NCBI GenBank assembly: GCA_965372795.1
Contig: CBDVDR010000018.1
Coordinates: 1-64,000 of the forward strand
From: an uncultured bacterium
GTDB taxonomy: Bacteria > Zixibacteria > MSB-5A5 > GN15 > FEB-12
DNA length: 64,000 nucleotides
Direction of reading: 5' to 3'
Part shown: positions 60,920 to 64,000 of the stretch, piece after piece
Layout: each line of letters opens with the position of its first letter
How positions within the stretch are numbered: position 1 is the first letter of the stretch
The notes under the pieces: model-generated
Told to the model about the DNA's origin: nothing
Seen by the model: the letters and a program-made list of their open reading frames with translations, nothing else
Database searches by the model: none
Made by a program: the position numbers and the translations under genes

Positions 60920-62189
60920 AATTAAAATCACTTTTTTCAACCGGACCTAAAATAGTAACTACCAGTTTAGATTCATCAAAAAATTGATTTGAAAGCGAAA
61001 GTAAATCTTTGGGTGTAACTTTATCTATCAATTCCAGCGTATCCTCAAGTGGGACAATACGGCCAATCATAATTTCCTGGCGTCCCAATCGACTCATGCG
61101 GCTTGTAGTAGATTCCAGCGACAGAGTGATCTGTCCTTTAATTTGTTCTTTTACCTGATTAAGTCTTTCTGATGAAAGCTTGGTTTTCTTTAAACGATAA
61201 CATTCTTTTAAAAGAATGTCGAAAGCTAAATTCAGGTTCTTCTTGTCAGTTCCAACATAAGCGCCAAATGACCCGGTATCTCGGTAGACATCATTATAAG
61301 CAAAAACAGCGTATGCCAATCCTTTCTGTTCCCTTATTTTTTGAAACAATACCGAAGACATCCCTCCACCCAGATACGCCCCCATTGCCATAGCGGCTAT
61401 ACGTTCAGGTGCTCCATAACTTAAACCCGGAAAACCAATACAGAGGTGAGTCTGGTTATTATCGATTGTTTTTATCACCGTTTTTTTATCAGTATTTCTT
61501 GATTCCGGTTTAAAATCCGAAATATATCCAGCTTCGAAGTTGAAATATTTCTTAACCAGTTTAACAAATTTTTGATGAGAAACAGATCCGGCAGCGACAA
61601 TTACAGTAGATTCGGAGCGGTAGTTTCTTTTTAGAAAAGAGAGTATTTTTGCTCGGGGAAGTTTCGAAATAGAATCGGCCGTTCCCAAAATCGGACGTCC
61701 AAGCGAGTTTACATTCCAGAATGTTTCCGCAAAAAGATCGTGGACATGATCAGAAGGATTATCATCAGACTCTTTGATCTCTTCCATCACAACCATTTTT
61801 TCCCGTTTTAGATTGGGCGGTGTGAAAGTTGCATTACAGGTGATATCAGAAAGAACATCAACCGCTATTTCAAGATGTTCATCAAGTACGCGGGCGGTGT
61901 AGCAGGTTTGCTCTTTTGACGTGAAAGCATTTAAATTGCCTCCGATAGATTCCAGAGCAGCCGCAATCTGACGGGCATTGCGGGATTTTGTCCCCTTAAA
62001 GAGCATGTGCTCGATTAAGTGTGAAACGCCATTTTCTTCATTAGTTTCATGCCGGGAGCCGACATCAATCCAAACCCCTAAAGAAATAGAACGGACTGAA
62101 GGAATAGATTCAGTTACTATCCTCAGTCCGTTCTTTAAGGTCGTTTTTTTAATTTCTCCGTTTCCGGTTTGAAAACGAGAATTAGCCAT
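60912..62189 (-). CDS. M16B (pitrilysin-like, MlpA/YmxG-type) zinc peptidase
   Basis: Inverted zinc motif HLIEHMLFKGT, NAFTSKE and GGMSS.LFQKIRE.KGLAY. Confidence 0.93.
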   Translation of the reverse strand: MANSRFQTGNGEIKKTTLKNGLRIVTESIPSVRSISLGVWIDVGSRHETNEENGVSHLIEHMLFKGTKSRNARQIAAALESIGGNLNAFTSKEQTCYTARVLDEHLEIAVDVLSDITCNATFTPPNLKREKMVVMEEIKESDDNPSDHVHDLFAETFWNVNSLGRPILGTADSISKLPRAKILSFLKRNYRSESTVIVAAGSVSHQKFVKLVKKYFNFEAGYISDFKPESRNTDKKTVIKTIDNNQTHLCIGFPGLSYGAPERIAAMAMGAYLGGGMSSVLFQKIREQKGLAYAVFAYNDVYRDTGSFGAYVGTDKKNLNLAFDILLKECYRLKKTKLSSERLNQVKEQIKGQITLSLESTTSRMSRLGRQEIMIGRIVPLEDTLELIDKVTPKDLLSLSNQFFDESKLVVTILGPVEKSDFNYG

Positions 62190-62191
62190 TA

Positions 62192-64000
62192 TTAGTCACG
62201 AGGCCTTTCATTTCTATCACCATCGCTGGTATTTTCCGGTTTTGACAATAATGCCTTACGGGAAACACGAACTTTACCATCAGCTTCAATACTTAGGACT
62301 TTGACATCAAGTCTTTCGCCCATTCTCACAACATCTTCAACGCGATTCACGCGGCGATATTCAAGTTCTGAGATATGCAGCCAGCCATCAGCCGAAGGCA
62401 TGAGCTCGACTACGGCGCCAAAGTTATTGATTCGACGGATAATACCATTGTAGACTTTTCCAACTTCAGGAACTTCAACAATTTTTTCAACCCGTGCTTT
62501 AGCGGCTAAGCCGGCTTTAGCATCGACTGAAGAAATCAAAACGGTACCATCATCTTCAATGTCTATTTTGGCTCCGGTTTCTTCAACAATTGAACGAATC
62601 ATTTTACCACCAGGTCCAATGACTCCACCGATTTTACCCGGATCAATTTTCAAAGTAATAATTCTTGGAGCAAACTGAGATAACTGATCGCGATGTTTTG
62701 GCAGAGCTTCATTCATTTTGCCAAGGATATGTAATCTTGCAGTTTTCGCTCTTCCAAGAGCTTCTGTCATCGTTCCAATATCCAGTCCTGCAATTTTAAT
62801 ATCCATTTGGATCGCAGTGATACCTTGTTCGGTACCGGTAACTTTGAAATCCATATCTCCAAAGTGATCTTCATCACCAAGGATGTCAGTCAATATGACA
62901 ACATCATCGCCTTCTTTGATCAAGCCCATTGCAATACCGGCAACAGCCGATTTGATCGGTACCCCGGCATCCATAAGAGCCAGAGAACCACCGCAAACAG
63001 AAGCCATCGAAGATGATCCGTTAGATTCCAAAACATCAGAAACTATTCGCACCGTATAAGGGAAACCTTCATCACTCGGAATAACCGGGAATAAGGCTCT
63101 TTCAGCTAAAGCACCATGACCAACTTCACGACGGCTGGTACCACGCATAGGTTTCGCTTCACCGGTACAGAACGGTGGGAAGTTGTAATGGAGCATATAA
63201 CTTTTGGTTGATTCACCTTCGAGCTCATCAAGGCGCTGTTCGTCGACTTTGGTTCCAAGTGTTACCGCGACTAAGGCTTGAGTTTGCCCACGAGTGAATA
63301 CAGATGAACCATGGGTTCTTGGCAGGAAAGAAACATCACAAGTGATATCACGAATATCTTCGGGATTTCTTGTGTCAATGCGTTTCTTTTCTGTGACAAC
63401 CATTTTTCTCATAGATTCAGAATCAAGATCATGAATAATGGTTTTAATATCACCAACTTCATCAGCATACTCTTCTTCAAGGGCAGCAATGATTTCATTT
63501 TTGAGAACTTTTTTATTCTTATTACGAGCTTCTTTTTCAGGAATATGATTGTATTCGTCAAGACGATTACCGACCATCTCTTTTACTTTTGCACTAAGTT
63601 CTTCAGAAATTAAAACCGGAGTGTATTCAAAATCTTCTTTACCACATAAGGCTTTCAGCTCATCGATTTTAGCAACAATGATTTTGATTTGTTCATGCCC
63701 AAATTGAAGAGCCTCTACGATTTCATTTTCAGGGATTTCGCGACCGCCGCCTTCAACCATAGCAATCGCATCAGCAGATCCTGCCATTGTGACGTAAATA
63801 TCACAATCTTCGAGTTGTTCAAAAGTTGGATTGACAATAAACTGTCCATCCAAACGACCAACTCTTACCCCTGCCACAGTATGAGCAAAGGGAACATCAG
63901 AAATAGCCAAAGCTGCTGCGGTACCACAAAGTGCGAGAACATCAGTATCATTTTCACCATCATGAGAGATTATAAAATTTATAACCTGTGTTTCGCCTTT
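62192..64000 (-). CDS. pnp: Polyribonucleotide nucleotidyltransferase (5' end outside the window)
   Basis: HGSSVFTRGQTQ, HYNFPPF, RREVGHG, ESNGSSSMAS, DMDFK, KH and S1 domains; frame stays open to the window edge. Confidence 0.97.
   Translation of the reverse strand, partial: KGETQVINFIISHDGENDTDVLALCGTAAALAISDVPFAHTVAGVRVGRLDGQFIVNPTFEQLEDCDIYVTMAGSADAIAMVEGGGREIPENEIVEALQFGHEQIKIIVAKIDELKALCGKEDFEYTPVLISEELSAKVKEMVGNRLDEYNHIPEKEARNKNKKVLKNEIIAALEEEYADEVGDIKTIIHDLDSESMRKMVVTEKKRIDTRNPEDIRDITCDVSFLPRTHGSSVFTRGQTQALVAVTLGTKVDEQRLDELEGESTKSYMLHYNFPPFCTGEAKPMRGTSRREVGHGALAERALFPVIPSDEGFPYTVRIVSDVLESNGSSSMASVCGGSLALMDAGVPIKSAVAGIAMGLIKEGDDVVILTDILGDEDHFGDMDFKVTGTEQGITAIQMDIKIAGLDIGTMTEALGRAKTARLHILGKMNEALPKHRDQLSQFAPRIITLKIDPGKIGGVIGPGGKMIRSIVEETGAKIDIEDDGTVLISSVDAKAGLAAKARVEKIVEVPEVGKVYNGIIRRINNFGAVVELMPSADGWLHISELEYRRVNRVEDVVRMGERLDVKVLSIEADGKVRVSRKALLSKPENTSDGDRNERPRD

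Noticed and set aside
452..63613. Numerous 60-160 aa ORFs nested in or antisense to long genes
   Set aside because: Shadow ORFs with no recognisable motifs, overlapping well-supported genes.

Overview
AT-rich bacterial chromosomal window. The many secreted proteins with Cys-flanked dockerin-like C-terminal tails suggest a candidate phylum Zixibacteria-like diderm (inference, not tested). The backbone is housekeeping: tRNA-Tyr, two tRNA-Leu, sodA, glnS, tyrS, leuS, partial pnp, ettA, PBP1A, PPi-type PFK and several ABC systems. The most interesting accessory features are: (1) a 1.78 kb low-GC, integrase-free cassette bracketed by a perfect 23-bp duplication of the tRNA-Leu(TAA) 3' end, carrying a coupled DUF488-DUF488-dual-OB-like operon (candidate defence or nucleic-acid-processing module); (2) a fully translationally coupled four-gene membrane operon of unknown function (DUF6754-like lead gene) followed by an uncalled 45-aa zinc-ribbon microprotein; (3) five secreted proteins sharing a dockerin-like tail, with DNA evidence of tail homogenisation and a shared upstream motif; (4) an Atl-DUF523-DUF1722 fusion; (5) a REP/hairpin-rich intergenic repeat cluster; (6) a long, divergent GlpX-like phosphatase. 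All family assignments are from motif recognition by eye; no database search was run.
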